Source of the DNA: Candidatus Micrarchaeota archaeon
GTDB taxonomy: Archaea > Micrarchaeota > Micrarchaeia > Anstonellales > Bilamarchaeaceae
Reading direction: 5' to 3'
Assembly (NCBI GenBank): GCA_043812915.1
Contig: JBDRLQ010000014.1
Coordinates: 1-25,347, forward strand
Length of the DNA stretch: 25,347 bases
Shown: positions 6,472 through 16,444 of the stretch, piece after piece
How the letters are laid out: each line of letters opens with the position of its first letter
Numbering within the stretch: the stretch's first letter is position 1
Notes under the pieces: model-generated
Told to the model about the DNA's origin: nothing
What the model saw: only the letters and a program-made list of their open reading frames with translations
Database searches by the model: none
Translations under genes and position numbers: made by a program

Positions 6472-8379
6472 ATGTTCAAACCCGCAGCGATGCAGAAGGT
6501 CAGGATAATTGCGCTCAAGTCCCACGTGGAGGATTTGATAAAGACACTCCACGAGGCGGGCCTTGTTGAGATAAAGAAGACCGCGATAGAAGGGCTTGGG
6601 AAAGGCAGGCCGCTGGAATTCTTCGACGAGGTTTCCGCGCAGCTTATCAGGCTCCGCGCAATCCTATCAATGATGGAGGAGAAGAAGAGCGGAAATGCCG
6701 GCGCGGGCCAGTTCCAGATAATTGAGGCCAACGCCGCGCTTGAGGAGGCCAAAGAGCTCAGGCTCGATTCGAAGCTCCGTGAGCTGAGCGAGGAAGCTGC
6801 CAGGCTCACTGATGAAATCAATGCCAATAAAGCGCACCTGGAAGTCACCAACAAGCTGAAGGCTTTCAAGAATGTCGATTTCTCCAAGCTCAGGACCAGG
6901 ACACTCGCATATGAGATTGGGGAGATTCCTGTGGTGAAGCTTGAGGCGCTGAATGCAAAAATGAGAAAACTGATCGATAATTATTCTGTCTTAACCCCTC
7001 CTAATGCGAAAGACACGATACCTGTCCTCGTATTATACAAAAGGACGGATGATGTTGATCTCGAGCACGCCTTGGCTGAAGTAGGCTTCGCATCCCTGTC
7101 CGTTCCGCCCGGAATGAGCAGGCCGAGCGTAACCGCTTCGGAATTGCACAAGGCAATCCGGACTCGGGAAGTGCGGATGAACGAGCTGGGGGATGAAATC
7201 CGGGGGCTGGCAGACACCAGCTACGCGAAGGTGAAATCGCTTTTGGCCTCCCTGGAAGTGGCGGCGGACCGCTCTGAAATCACTTCAAGATTCTCCTTTT
7301 CGGGCAGGTCATTCGTTCTTGAGGGCTGGGTGAAGGCTGCGGATTTCCCCGAGCTTGAGAAAGCGGTCAGGAGCCTTGGGGACACGGTCCATATGGAAAA
7401 GGTTGACCCTGGCCATGATGAGATGCCCCCCACAGTGCTTGAGAATCCGGAGCCTGCAGGTCCATTCGAGTTCCTGACAAGGAGCTACTCGTTTCCAAAC
7501 TATACGGAAATGGACCCGTCAATGATTTATATGATATTCGTCCCCATCCTCTACGGGATGATTGTGGGGGATGTGGTTTACGGCCTTATCTCGATTGTGA
7601 TTTCGAAATGGCTGATGAAGAAATTCGCCAAGAGCTATGTGATGTCGAATGTCGCGAAGCTTTGGTTCTATTCGGCGTTCCCGACCATTGTCTTCGGCTT
7701 GATTTTCGATGAGTGGATGGGAACGAGCTCACTAGGCCTCATGCAGGCGCTGGGGGCCTGGGGAGTACCCATGCTCTTCACAGAGCCACTCTACCAGGGA
7801 TTCCATAGGGTGCATCAGCTCACAACGCTTATAGGGATAACCGCGCTTGTCGGGCTTATCCAGCTGGGAATCGGGTTCCTGCTTGGCGCAATAAACCTCT
7901 GGGGGCATCACAGGAAGCACGCGTACGCGAAGATTGCCTGGCTCGGCGTTGAGATCGGGGGCACGGTCGCGGTATGTGCGCTGATACTCGGGGTGCTTCC
8001 TGCAGGCCTTGGCATCTACGCGGAGGTTCTGCTCGCGGTGTCAATCGCGGGGCTTTTCCTCACAGAGGGGATTGCCGGTGTGCTTGAAGTCCCAGGGCTT
8101 ATGGGCAATGTCCTGTCATACGCGAGGATTGCGGCAATCGGGATTGTCGGTGTTATTCTCGCGGAGATAATCAATGATTTCCTTATGCCGAACCCGTCGC
8201 AGGGAATTTTCGCACTTTTGTTCTTCCCCCTGTTCGTGATACTGCACTTCGCAAACGCGTTCATCGCGATGTTCGAGGCATTGATACAGGGAGGCCGTCT
8301 CAACCTCCTTGAATTCCGGTCAAAGTTCCTTGAGGGCGGCGGATTACCTTTCAAACCGTTCTCTTTACGCTCAAGATAA
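6472..8379 (+). CDS. atpI: A/V-type ATP synthase subunit I (a)
   Basis: MFKPAAMQKV start, LEGWV, PPTVLENP, hydrophobic C-terminal half, essential Arg in LSYARIAA, and C-terminal RL..LEF.SKF..GGG..FKPF. Confidence 0.95.
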   Translation: MFKPAAMQKVRIIALKSHVEDLIKTLHEAGLVEIKKTAIEGLGKGRPLEFFDEVSAQLIRLRAILSMMEEKKSGNAGAGQFQIIEANAALEEAKELRLDSKLRELSEEAARLTDEINANKAHLEVTNKLKAFKNVDFSKLRTRTLAYEIGEIPVVKLEALNAKMRKLIDNYSVLTPPNAKDTIPVLVLYKRTDDVDLEHALAEVGFASLSVPPGMSRPSVTASELHKAIRTREVRMNELGDEIRGLADTSYAKVKSLLASLEVAADRSEITSRFSFSGRSFVLEGWVKAADFPELEKAVRSLGDTVHMEKVDPGHDEMPPTVLENPEPAGPFEFLTRSYSFPNYTEMDPSMIYMIFVPILYGMIVGDVVYGLISIVISKWLMKKFAKSYVMSNVAKLWFYSAFPTIVFGLIFDEWMGTSSLGLMQALGAWGVPMLFTEPLYQGFHRVHQLTTLIGITALVGLIQLGIGFLLGAINLWGHHRKHAYAKIAWLGVEIGGTVAVCALILGVLPAGLGIYAEVLLAVSIAGLFLTEGIAGVLEVPGLMGNVLSYARIAAIGIVGVILAEIINDFLMPNPSQGIFALLFFPLFVILHFANAFIAMFEALIQGGRLNLLEFRSKFLEGGGLPFKPFSLRSR

Positions 8380-8399
8380 GTTTTGAGGTGAAATGAAAT

Positions 8400-8651
8400 A
8401 TGGCAGATGTAACAGCAGGAATGACATCGGGCGCCGCAGCTGCGCTGGGTGCAGGAATAGCAATGGGAGTCAGCGCACTAGCCGCTGCTTGGTCTCAGGG
8501 TGCAGTTGGTTCTGCGGCTCTTGGCGTTATCGCAGAGAGGCCTGAGTTCGAGAAGAACGTCCTTATCTACCTGGTATTGCCGGAAATCCTGGCTATCCTT
8601 GGTTTCGTTATCGCGTTCATGCTCATCGGCTCAGTGGGCGAAGCCCACTAA
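8400..8651 (+). CDS. atpK: A/V-type ATP synthase subunit K (c, proteolipid), single hairpin
   Basis: Two TM helices with an AERPE loop and the conserved Glu in LPEILAILGF. GAGGTG RBS. Confidence 0.95.
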   Translation: MADVTAGMTSGAAAALGAGIAMGVSALAAAWSQGAVGSAALGVIAERPEFEKNVLIYLVLPEILAILGFVIAFMLIGSVGEAH

Positions 8652-8679
8652 AACTTCCTTTTATTAGGAGGTTTGTAAG

Positions 8680-9249
8680 ATGGGTATTGAACGGCTAACT
8701 TCTTCCCTCCTTCTGGAGGCGAACAAGGAAGCGGCCGATATCATAAGCGCGGCCGAATCCCACGTCCAGAAGATGGTCGAAGAAGAGCGTGCCAGGAATA
8801 AGGAGCTCGAGAGCGGCATGGAAGAGGATGTTGACCGCATCCTTGATGGCCAGAAGAATGAGCGCATCGCCTGGGCAAGGCTGGAAGCCAAGAGGATTCT
8901 CGCCGAAGCAAGGGAGGATGCGATAAAGAATGTTCTCGAGGGATTTTTCGAGGCTCTTTCAAAGGGCAAGCAGTCCAAGGAATACAAGGAATTCATGGGC
9001 TCTGCGGTAAAGAGCGCAATTTCCGAGCTGGGAACTTCCGGGCTGGTGGTCCACGTCTGCAAGGGCGAGGGCAAGCTGGTCAAGGTCAAGGGCGTAAAAG
9101 TGGTCCAGGACCTGGATGCCCTGGGGGGCGCGATAGTGGAGAGCAAGGACGGGAATGTGAGAGTGAATCTCACCCTTGAGATGCTCTTCGAATCCAGAAG
9201 GGACGAACTTAGAAAGAAGATATCTGACAAACTATTCGGAGGAAAGTGA
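8680..9249 (+). CDS. atpE: A/V-type ATP synthase subunit E
   Basis: MGIERL start, coiled coil, LGGAIVESKDG.VRVNLT.E motif and operon position. AGGAGG RBS. Confidence 0.93.
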   Translation: MGIERLTSSLLLEANKEAADIISAAESHVQKMVEEERARNKELESGMEEDVDRILDGQKNERIAWARLEAKRILAEAREDAIKNVLEGFFEALSKGKQSKEYKEFMGSAVKSAISELGTSGLVVHVCKGEGKLVKVKGVKVVQDLDALGGAIVESKDGNVRVNLTLEMLFESRRDELRKKISDKLFGGK

Positions 9250-10340
9250 TGGTACTTCCAAAAATCGAGAGCAGGGCCCTGAAATACGGATACGCAAACG
9301 CGAGGGTCAAGGGAATGAAGGGACTTCTCATTGACCAGCCTACGCTCGAGGAATTAGTAAAGGTCCGGACCGTCGATGGCATGATAGAGCTCCTGCAGAG
9401 GACCCACTATAAGGGGCACTTCGTAAAGGGCTCTGTGAGCTACTCGGGCTCGGCTCTTGTTGAGCTGGCAGCAGGCAGGAGCTTCCTGCATTCGGTTGAG
9501 AAGCTCAAGAGCTTCACGCCCAAGGACAGCAGGCCGGCGATACAGGCCCTCTTAAGGAAATGGGGCCTAGTCAACCTGAAAACCCTCATCCACGCCAAGA
9601 GGCTTGGGAAGACATATGAGGAAGTGAAGCCCTATCTCTTTCCTGTCGGCGGGATAACAGAGGCCGATTTCGAGAGAATCATGAGGGCGAATGATCGGGA
9701 GATTTTCCGGGAGGTCCGGCATACCGAGCTTGGGGCGGAGATGCTCGCATCGAGCACCATGCTCTTCAGCAAGCAGATGCGGGATACCTTCAACAACGCC
9801 CTGAAGAGCATGAACATGTTCATGCAGATGGAAACCATCATGGATGCCTACATATATCTTTTGATGGACAAGGCATTGTCAGAGGTCGGAGGCACGGAAA
9901 TCCAGAGCATAAGGAAAATCATGAAGCTCGAGATTGACGCCAAGAACATACTTATAGTTGAGAGGATGAAGAAGCACGGCTACGAGGCTGGCAAAATCAG
10001 GAGCGCGCTAATCCGCGGCGGAACCCTCAGGGAAAGCTTCGTTGCCAAGCTCCTGGAGGCCAAGGACACTGGCGCCACGGTCGCGCTTATCCGCTCGAAG
10101 TTCAGGAGGCTCCAGCTCAAAGAGGGGGACACATCCTTGGTTGGCCTTGAGATTGCCCTTGAGAAGGCGCTTGCGGCCGAGAAGGTGTCCTCGTTCCACA
10201 GGAGCATACTCTCGCTGGGGGTCATCCTCGGTTTCCTTCTGCTCAAAGAGGAGGAGATGAACAACCTGAGGAAAATCGCAAAGGCCAAGGAGTTCAACCT
10301 GCCTGAAGCCGAAGTGAAGGAGATGCTTGTGATAATCTGA
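9246..10340 (+). CDS. atpC: A/V-type ATP synthase subunit C
   Basis: YGYANARVKGMK N-terminus and KEEEMNNLRKIA C-terminus. Overlaps the atpE stop (GTGA). Confidence 0.92.
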   Translation: MMVLPKIESRALKYGYANARVKGMKGLLIDQPTLEELVKVRTVDGMIELLQRTHYKGHFVKGSVSYSGSALVELAAGRSFLHSVEKLKSFTPKDSRPAIQALLRKWGLVNLKTLIHAKRLGKTYEEVKPYLFPVGGITEADFERIMRANDREIFREVRHTELGAEMLASSTMLFSKQMRDTFNNALKSMNMFMQMETIMDAYIYLLMDKALSEVGGTEIQSIRKIMKLEIDAKNILIVERMKKHGYEAGKIRSALIRGGTLRESFVAKLLEAKDTGATVALIRSKFRRLQLKEGDTSLVGLEIALEKALAAEKVSSFHRSILSLGVILGFLLLKEEEMNNLRKIAKAKEFNLPEAEVKEMLVII

Positions 10341-10350
10341 GGTATTTACC

Positions 10351-10677
10351 ATGACGAAAGCGAAGATACTTGTGCTTGGCGATGCCCCGCTTGTCCAGGG
10401 GTTCCAGCTAGCCGGCCTTGAGAACTGCATAGTGGTCGATTCCGAGAGCTTCGAGGAGCAGCTGGAAAAGGCGCTGGGCACCCCCGAATACGGGATTCTC
10501 GTGGTAAATGAAAGCATGCTTAATGGCATCGACTGGAGGCTTCGCAAGAAGCTGGACACAATAGCATATCCCGTCCTCGTGCCCATGCCGGACACGAGCG
10601 GGCAGAGCAGCGAAGGGGATGAAATCCGGAGCCTCATAAAGAGGGCACTGGGCTTCGACCTGGCGGCGCAGAAATAA
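10351..10677 (+). CDS. atpF: A/V-type ATP synthase subunit F
   Basis: ILVLGD....GFQLAG and IKRALGFDL motifs. GAGGT RBS. Confidence 0.93.
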   Translation: MTKAKILVLGDAPLVQGFQLAGLENCIVVDSESFEEQLEKALGTPEYGILVVNESMLNGIDWRLRKKLDTIAYPVLVPMPDTSGQSSEGDEIRSLIKRALGFDLAAQK

Positions 10678-10697
10678 TCACTAGGAGGAAGATAGGA

Positions 10698-12455
10698 ATG
10701 GCACCTAAAAAAGAAGGTTACATAAAGAGGATATCCGGCCCGGTCGTAGAGGCCGTAATCCCGGATGCAAAACTGTATGACGTCGTCAGGGTAGGCGACG
10801 AGGGCCTTATCGGCGAAATAATCAAAATCGTAAGGGATACGTCCGTTGTGCAGGTCTATGAGGACACCTCCGGTCTGAAGCCGGGTGAAAAAGCGTCGAC
10901 GACTGGCGAGCCGCTCTCGGTAGAGCTTGGCCCCGGAATCCTGAAGGGCATTTATGACGGCATCCAGAGGCCGCTCAAAGTAGTCGAGGAGAAATCAGGC
11001 GGCCCGTTCATGAAGAGGGGTGTCGTCGCGCTGCCCCTTGACCGGAAGAAGAAATGGGACTTCAAGGCGATAATGAAGAAGGGCGACAAGGTCAAGGTCG
11101 GGGACGTCCTTGGCACTGTCCAGGAGACCGAACTTATCGAGCACAAGATTCTCTCTCCTTTTGAGGGGAGGATAGAAGCCATTTCCTCAGGGAAATACTG
11201 CGTTGACGAGAAAGCAGGCGAAATCCTCTTCGAAGGCAAGAAGAAGCCGTTCACCCTCATGCAGAGATGGTTCGTCAGGAAGGCAAGGCCCGTGGTTGAG
11301 AAATTCCCGCCAGTAATCCCGCTTGTCACAGGGCAGAGGGTCATAGACACGTTCTTCCCAATCGCAAAAGGCGGCACCGCTTCCATTCCAGGTCCCTTCG
11401 GCTCTGGAAAAACAGTCACGCAGCAGGCATTCGCCAAGTATTCCGACACGCAGATTGTGGTCTATATCGGATGCGGGGAACGCGGAAACGAGATGACTGA
11501 AGTACTCAAGGAATTCCCGGAGCTCATCGACCCGAACACGGGTAAAGCATTGATGGAAAGGACCGTCCTTATCGCCAACACGTCCAACATGCCTGTTGCG
11601 GCGCGTGAGGCTTCAATCTACACGGGAATCACAATCGCCGAATACTTCCGGGACCAGGGCTATGATGTGGCCTTGATGGCCGATTCCACCTCAAGGTGGG
11701 CCGAAGCCATGCGTGAAATCGGTGGCCGCCTGGAAGAGATGCCTGGCGAGGAAGGATATCCTGCCTACCTGGCAAGGAGGCTCGCCGAGTTCTATGAGCG
11801 GGCCGGCAGGGTCCGCTGCCTTGGAACTGACGACCGGTACGGTTCGGTCACAATCATCGGAGCAGTGTCCCCGCCTGGCGGTGACATCTCAGAGCCAGTC
11901 TCGCAGAATACCCTCCGTGTCACAAAGGTGTTCCTGGCGTTGGATGCCTCACTGGCTTATAGGAGGCACTTCCCGGCCATCAACTGGCTCAAGAGCTACT
12001 CGCTCTACCATGAGGGCCTGGCGGAATGGATTTCGGAGAACATCTCATCCGACTACCCGAAGATGGTCAAGAGGGCCATGATACTACTGCAGAAGGAAGC
12101 TGAGCTCCAGGAAGTCGTCCAGCTTGTGGGCCCGGACGCGCTCCCTGAGAAGGAGCAGGCAATCCTGATGGTCACCAGGATGATTCGCGAGGACTTCCTG
12201 CAGCAGAACGCCTTCTCCGATGTGGACGCCAGGAGCGACCTGAAAAAGCAGTACGAGATGCTTAAGATTGTCATGAGGTTCGGCGAGAGGACCAACGGGG
12301 CCCTTGACCTTGGGACCCAGCTCAAGAATATCGAGAGCCTCCCTTCAAGGGCGAAGATTGGCCGTATGAAGGAAATCCCACAGGACAGGCTGGATGAGTT
12401 CAAGAAACTCGAAAAGGAAATTGAGCTGGAATTCGACCAGCTCGCCAAGAAGTAG
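10698..12455 (+). CDS. atpA: A/V-type ATP synthase subunit A (catalytic), no intein
   Basis: Walker [26 protein letters not shown] and [19 protein letters not shown]. Confidence 0.98.
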   Translation: MAPKKEGYIKRISGPVVEAVIPDAKLYDVVRVGDEGLIGEIIKIVRDTSVVQVYEDTSGLKPGEKASTTGEPLSVELGPGILKGIYDGIQRPLKVVEEKSGGPFMKRGVVALPLDRKKKWDFKAIMKKGDKVKVGDVLGTVQETELIEHKILSPFEGRIEAISSGKYCVDEKAGEILFEGKKKPFTLMQRWFVRKARPVVEKFPPVIPLVTGQRVIDTFFPIAKGGTASIPGPFGSGKTVTQQAFAKYSDTQIVVYIGCGERGNEMTEVLKEFPELIDPNTGKALMERTVLIANTSNMPVAAREASIYTGITIAEYFRDQGYDVALMADSTSRWAEAMREIGGRLEEMPGEEGYPAYLARRLAEFYERAGRVRCLGTDDRYGSVTIIGAVSPPGGDISEPVSQNTLRVTKVFLALDASLAYRRHFPAINWLKSYSLYHEGLAEWISENISSDYPKMVKRAMILLQKEAELQEVVQLVGPDALPEKEQAILMVTRMIREDFLQQNAFSDVDARSDLKKQYEMLKIVMRFGERTNGALDLGTQLKNIESLPSRAKIGRMKEIPQDRLDEFKKLEKEIELEFDQLAKK

Positions 12456-12461
12456 GTGATT

Positions 12462-13856
12462 ATGATGAAGGAGTACAGGACAATCAGCGAGATTGCGGGC
12501 CCGCTCGTATTCGTTTCGGACGTCAGCGGAGTAGGCTACAACGAGATTGTGGAGATTATGCTCCCTGACGGGGAGAGGAGGAAGGGGCAGGTCCTGGACG
12601 TGAGCGAAAAGATCGCCGTTGTGCAGGTTTTCGGCCCGACCGCCGGAATCAGCACCCAACAGACAACCGTCCGTTTCCTCGGGGAAACCATGAGGCTTGG
12701 CCTCAGCACGGACATGCTTGGGCGCGCCTTCAACGGCCTTGGCGAGCCCCGTGACAAGGGACCGAAGATTATCCCCAAGGAGAAGGTGGATATCACGGGC
12801 CTTCCGATTAACCCCTATTCCCGTGAGACGCCCTCGGAGTTCATCCAAACGGGCATCTCCACCATTGACGGAATGAACACTCTTGTCCGTGGCCAGAAGC
12901 TTCCAATTTTCTCTGGCGCGGGGCTTCCGCACAACCAGCTTGCCGTGCAGATCGCCAGGCAGGCGAAAGTGCGCGGAAGCGGGGAGAAGTTCGCCGTAGT
13001 ATTCGCGGCAATCGGAATCACGCACGAAGAGGCGTCCTACTTCATCAGGGACTTCGAGAAGACCGGGGCCCTTGAGAATGCGGTCCTTTTCCTGAACCTG
13101 GCCGATGACCCCTCTGTCGAGCGTATCATCACGCCGAGGCTTGCGTTGACCACTGCCGAATATCTAGCCTATGAGCAGGACATGCACGTTCTGGTTCTTA
13201 TTACGGACATGACCAACTACGCCGAGGCCTTGCGTGAGATTTCCTCAGCCAGGAACGAGGTTCCCGGAAGGCGTGGCTATCCCGGATACATGTACACAGA
13301 CCTCTCCACAATCTATGAGAGGGCCGGCCGTGTGAAGGGCTCGAAGGGCTCGGTTACCCAGCTTCCTATTCTTACGATGCCCGGTGATGACAAGACGCAT
13401 CCGATTCCAGACCTTACAGGCTACATTACCGAGGGACAGATTATCCTGAGTAGGGATATCCACAGGAAGAACATCTATCCGCCTGTCGATGTGCTGCCTT
13501 CGCTCTCCAGGCTGATGAACCTTGGTATCGGGCCTGAGAAGACGAGGGAGGACCACAAGGGCGTTGCCGACCAGCTTTACGCTTCATACGCCAACGGCCG
13601 TGAGCTGAGGTCGCTGAGCGCGGTTGTCGGTGAGGAGGCTTTGACTGCCACAGACCGGAAATACCTGAAGGTCGCCGACGAATTCGAGAAGAGGTTCGTC
13701 CAGCAGGACCCGTATGAGGACCGTGACATAGACCAGACCCTGGCAATCTCATGGGACCTCCTGGCCATGCTGCCTGAGGATGAGCTCAAGAGGGTCAAGA
13801 GGGAGTTCCTAGCGAAATACCTCAAGAAACCAAGTGAGGAAGAAGAGAAGGAGTGA
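12462..13856 (+). CDS. atpB: A/V-type ATP synthase subunit B
   Basis: [29 protein letters not shown] and [14 protein letters not shown]. An AGGTGA RBS favours ATG 12462 or 12465. Confidence 0.98.
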   Translation: MMKEYRTISEIAGPLVFVSDVSGVGYNEIVEIMLPDGERRKGQVLDVSEKIAVVQVFGPTAGISTQQTTVRFLGETMRLGLSTDMLGRAFNGLGEPRDKGPKIIPKEKVDITGLPINPYSRETPSEFIQTGISTIDGMNTLVRGQKLPIFSGAGLPHNQLAVQIARQAKVRGSGEKFAVVFAAIGITHEEASYFIRDFEKTGALENAVLFLNLADDPSVERIITPRLALTTAEYLAYEQDMHVLVLITDMTNYAEALREISSARNEVPGRRGYPGYMYTDLSTIYERAGRVKGSKGSVTQLPILTMPGDDKTHPIPDLTGYITEGQIILSRDIHRKNIYPPVDVLPSLSRLMNLGIGPEKTREDHKGVADQLYASYANGRELRSLSAVVGEEALTATDRKYLKVADEFEKRFVQQDPYEDRDIDQTLAISWDLLAMLPEDELKRVKREFLAKYLKKPSEEEEKE

Positions 13857-14506
13857 GCCGGATGTCCACAGACGTCAATCCAACAAGGATGGAACTCATC
13901 AAGATAAAGGACCGCATCGTTCTTGCCAAGAAGGGGCACAAGCTCCTCAAGCAGAAGAGGGATGCCCTTATCCTTGAGTTCTTCAAAATCCTTAAGAAGG
14001 CCAAGGATCTGCGCGGAGAGCTCGCCAAGAGGATGGCTACGGGCTACAAGTCCCTGGAGCTGGCTGAAGCGTACCATCCTATCTACCAGCTTGCCAAGGT
14101 CTCCCTGGATTTGCAGAAGAACATAGAGGTTGACATCGAGGTCAAGAATGTCATGGGCGTGAAAATACCGACTCTCGACATCAACCTGGGGACCACCCCC
14201 TATATGTCCCTCCAGTCGTATTCGGTTGCAGGGACAAGCGCCAAGATTGATCAGGCTGTCGAGGATTTCGACGCTGTTTTGGAGATGGTAATCAAGCTGG
14301 CGGAGACCGAGACGGCCATGAAGAGGCTGATTGTGGAGATTGAGAAGACCAAAAGGAGGGTGAATGCCCTTGAATTCGTCTTGATTCCCCGCCTTGATGA
14401 GACCAAGGCATTGATTTCCTTCCGCCTTGAGGAGATGGAGAGGGATTCGTTCGTTTCTTTGAAGAGCATCAAGAGGAAGCTCGAGAAGAAGAATGAGAAT
14501 GTCTGA
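13853..14506 (+). CDS. atpD: A/V-type ATP synthase subunit D
   Basis: [17 protein letters not shown] and [13 protein letters not shown]. Start is GTG 13853 or ATG 13862. Confidence 0.97.
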   Translation: MSRMSTDVNPTRMELIKIKDRIVLAKKGHKLLKQKRDALILEFFKILKKAKDLRGELAKRMATGYKSLELAEAYHPIYQLAKVSLDLQKNIEVDIEVKNVMGVKIPTLDINLGTTPYMSLQSYSVAGTSAKIDQAVEDFDAVLEMVIKLAETETAMKRLIVEIEKTKRRVNALEFVLIPRLDETKALISFRLEEMERDSFVSLKSIKRKLEKKNENV

Positions 14507-14507
14507 G

Positions 14508-14530
14508 CTCCTCTTTTTTCCCTTATTTTG
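14508..14530 (+). terminator. Oligo-T terminator-like tract closing the ATP synthase operon
   Basis: CTCCTCTTTTTTCCCTTATTTTG after the atpD stop. Confidence 0.55.
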
Positions 14531-14557
14531 TGTTAATAAGTTAATTTTTGTAAATCA

Positions 14558-14570
14558 TTTTAAACATTTC
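14558..14570 (+). promoter_or_regulatory. TATA element for the acidic orphan gene
   Basis: TTTTAAACATTTC, identical to 6076-6088. Confidence 0.5.
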
Positions 14571-14608
14571 GGTTCATATTTAGCATATAACATTCGTGAG
14601 TTGGAAAT

Positions 14609-15295
14609 ATGGAACCGGTAAACAGGAAAAGGAATAGTGATGCGAAGGAAGGCGGAAGGGATGGCTTTAACAAAAAAAAGCCAATGGCATCTAGGGATTT
14701 TGATGCAGAAATACAGGCCTCCGGGGGGGTCACAGTCACTTTGACTGATGGGAAAGGCCGGAAGGCAACCGTAGAGGTTCCAGAAACGGGCTCAAAAAAA
14801 GCATCTCTTGGCGATTCAGAAATAGAAGTCAGCTATGAAAGAACCGATTCGGAAGACGGAATCGGGGCTGGATCCGTTACATTAACACTTAAATCCTGCG
14901 AGGGTGAAGATGCCGACGTTGATGTAGATATGGAGCCTGAAGAGGATGAATTAGATCGGATCTATGATTCGAATTGGCGGTACAATTATTCGCACGGCCT
15001 GGAGCTGGACGCCGGCATGGAAGTTGATGGGGACTGCGACGACTGCAATGCCGATGCTGACATGGACCTCGACGAAGGTGATGACCTGGAGGCGGAGTTC
15101 ATGACAACACTACTCAATACTTTGGCTGATGTTGGCATGGATGTGGATGCTGCAGCTGAGGCGCTAGCCGAGGTGGTAAAAGAGCGTGATGGTGTTGATC
15201 AAGTGAATCCTCACATGGTTGAGAATCTCAGGGTTGCACTGACGGCCGCACTTGAAACTGCTGAAGGCACAAAGAAAAAAATTGACGAAAATTAA
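14609..15295 (+). CDS. Hypothetical highly acidic protein (228 aa)
   Basis: The only long ORF in the interval, flanked by a TATA element and a T-rich tract. About 59 of 228 residues are D/E by hand count. No family recognised. Confidence 0.8.
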   Translation: MEPVNRKRNSDAKEGGRDGFNKKKPMASRDFDAEIQASGGVTVTLTDGKGRKATVEVPETGSKKASLGDSEIEVSYERTDSEDGIGAGSVTLTLKSCEGEDADVDVDMEPEEDELDRIYDSNWRYNYSHGLELDAGMEVDGDCDDCNADADMDLDEGDDLEAEFMTTLLNTLADVGMDVDAAAEALAEVVKERDGVDQVNPHMVENLRVALTAALETAEGTKKKIDEN

Positions 15296-15330
15296 TCTTC
15301 TCTTTCATTTTTACTTCTATTGCCTAAGGA

Positions 15331-15459
15331 CTAATAATCCCTGATTTCCTCGACCCAGATGCCTCGGGCCTTCTTCGGGCTGTCATCGGCGTTCCTGAGG
15401 CCCTGCATGCATCCGAACAGCAACAAAAGCAAAAGTAATGCGGCAAACAGTCTATTCAT
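15331..15459 (-). CDS. Small putative lipoprotein, 42 aa (absent from the ORF track)
   Basis: Hand translation: MNRLFAALLLLLLLFGCMQGLRNADDSPKKARGIWVEEIRDY*. It has a basic N-region, a Leu7 H-region and an LLFGC lipobox. In-frame upstream ATGs at 15468 and 15471. Confidence 0.6.
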   Translation of the reverse strand: MNRLFAALLLLLLLFGCMQGLRNADDSPKKARGIWVEEIRDY

Positions 15460-15541
15460 GATAAGCATCATCTTTCGGTAATAACCAGAACAAAACCGAA
15501 ACAACTTATAACTTTAAGCTCTGGATATCATCGGTGATTTT

Positions 15542-16441
15542 ATGGCCAAAGAGAAAATGGATTTTGCATACCATCATAATTCTGGAATGCTGATTGGCAA
15601 ACTGATACTGGCGCTCGCGCTTCTTGGAAGCGCCTACATGATTTCAATGGGAATCGGAAGCTACCAGCCCGGTGATGTCTATGTCTCTTCATCTCCTGCC
15701 GAGCACACGATTGACGTGAGCTCCACTGCGACAACCGAGGTCGAGCCCGACCTGCTTGTCGTGCAGCTGAGGGTTGAGAGCGAGGCGAGGACTGCCGGGG
15801 CCTCGCAGGAGGCGAACGCTGAGGATGTTGACGCGGTAAAAGCCGCGATAATGGCGCTCGGAATCCCCGAGAAGAACATAAAGACCACCTCATACGGGGT
15901 CGATGTCAAGGAGGAGAGCCACTACATCTGCGTGAACACCTCAAGGCCTTATATAGACGAGTCCGGGATGTATGGCGCTCCGGAGCCAGCGCCCTATGAC
16001 TCATACGCGTATGAAGGCACTGACTGCTACTGGGACTATGTGATGGTCGGATACGAGACCAGGCACGTCCTCTCAGTGGAAGTTGAGGCACTTGACCGGG
16101 GAGGGGATGTGATTGACGCCGCAATAAAGGCTGGCGCAACCGAGATAGACTACATCAGCTTCACCCTCAAGCCTGAAACACAGAAAGCTCTTGAGAAATC
16201 CCTGCTCAGGCAGGCATCCGCAGACGCCAAATCAAAGGCTTCTGAGATTGCCGGAGGCCTTGGCATGTCGCTTGGAAATGCGGTTAGCGCCGGCGAATCG
16301 GCCAACTACTACTATGACTATCCAAGATATGACAACTACGCGTATGCCATGGAAGCTGGGGCCGCCGCCCCGAAGACTTCAGTCTCGCCAGGGCAGGTAA
16401 CTGTCAGCGCGACGGTTTACGCTAGCTTCGGGCTCAACTGA
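15542..16441 (+). CDS. SIMPL domain (DUF541/YggE/BP26-like) membrane-anchored or secreted protein
   Basis: N-terminal hydrophobic helix, then IDVSSTATTEVEPD, IKTTSY, VIDAAIKAGATEI..ISF, A.ADAKSKA..IA..LG and PGQVTVSATV...F. GGTGA RBS. Confidence 0.9.
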   Translation: MAKEKMDFAYHHNSGMLIGKLILALALLGSAYMISMGIGSYQPGDVYVSSSPAEHTIDVSSTATTEVEPDLLVVQLRVESEARTAGASQEANAEDVDAVKAAIMALGIPEKNIKTTSYGVDVKEESHYICVNTSRPYIDESGMYGAPEPAPYDSYAYEGTDCYWDYVMVGYETRHVLSVEVEALDRGGDVIDAAIKAGATEIDYISFTLKPETQKALEKSLLRQASADAKSKASEIAGGLGMSLGNAVSAGESANYYYDYPRYDNYAYAMEAGAAAPKTSVSPGQVTVSATVYASFGLN

Positions 16442-16444
16442 ACC

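Noticed and set aside
10698..12455. Possible intein in atpA, a common insertion site after Walker A
   Set aside because: GSGKTVTQQ is continuous and the length (585 aa) is normal.
12345..14077. Long antisense ORFs over atpA, atpB and atpD
   Set aside because: They lie wholly opposite conserved genes and are explained by codon bias.
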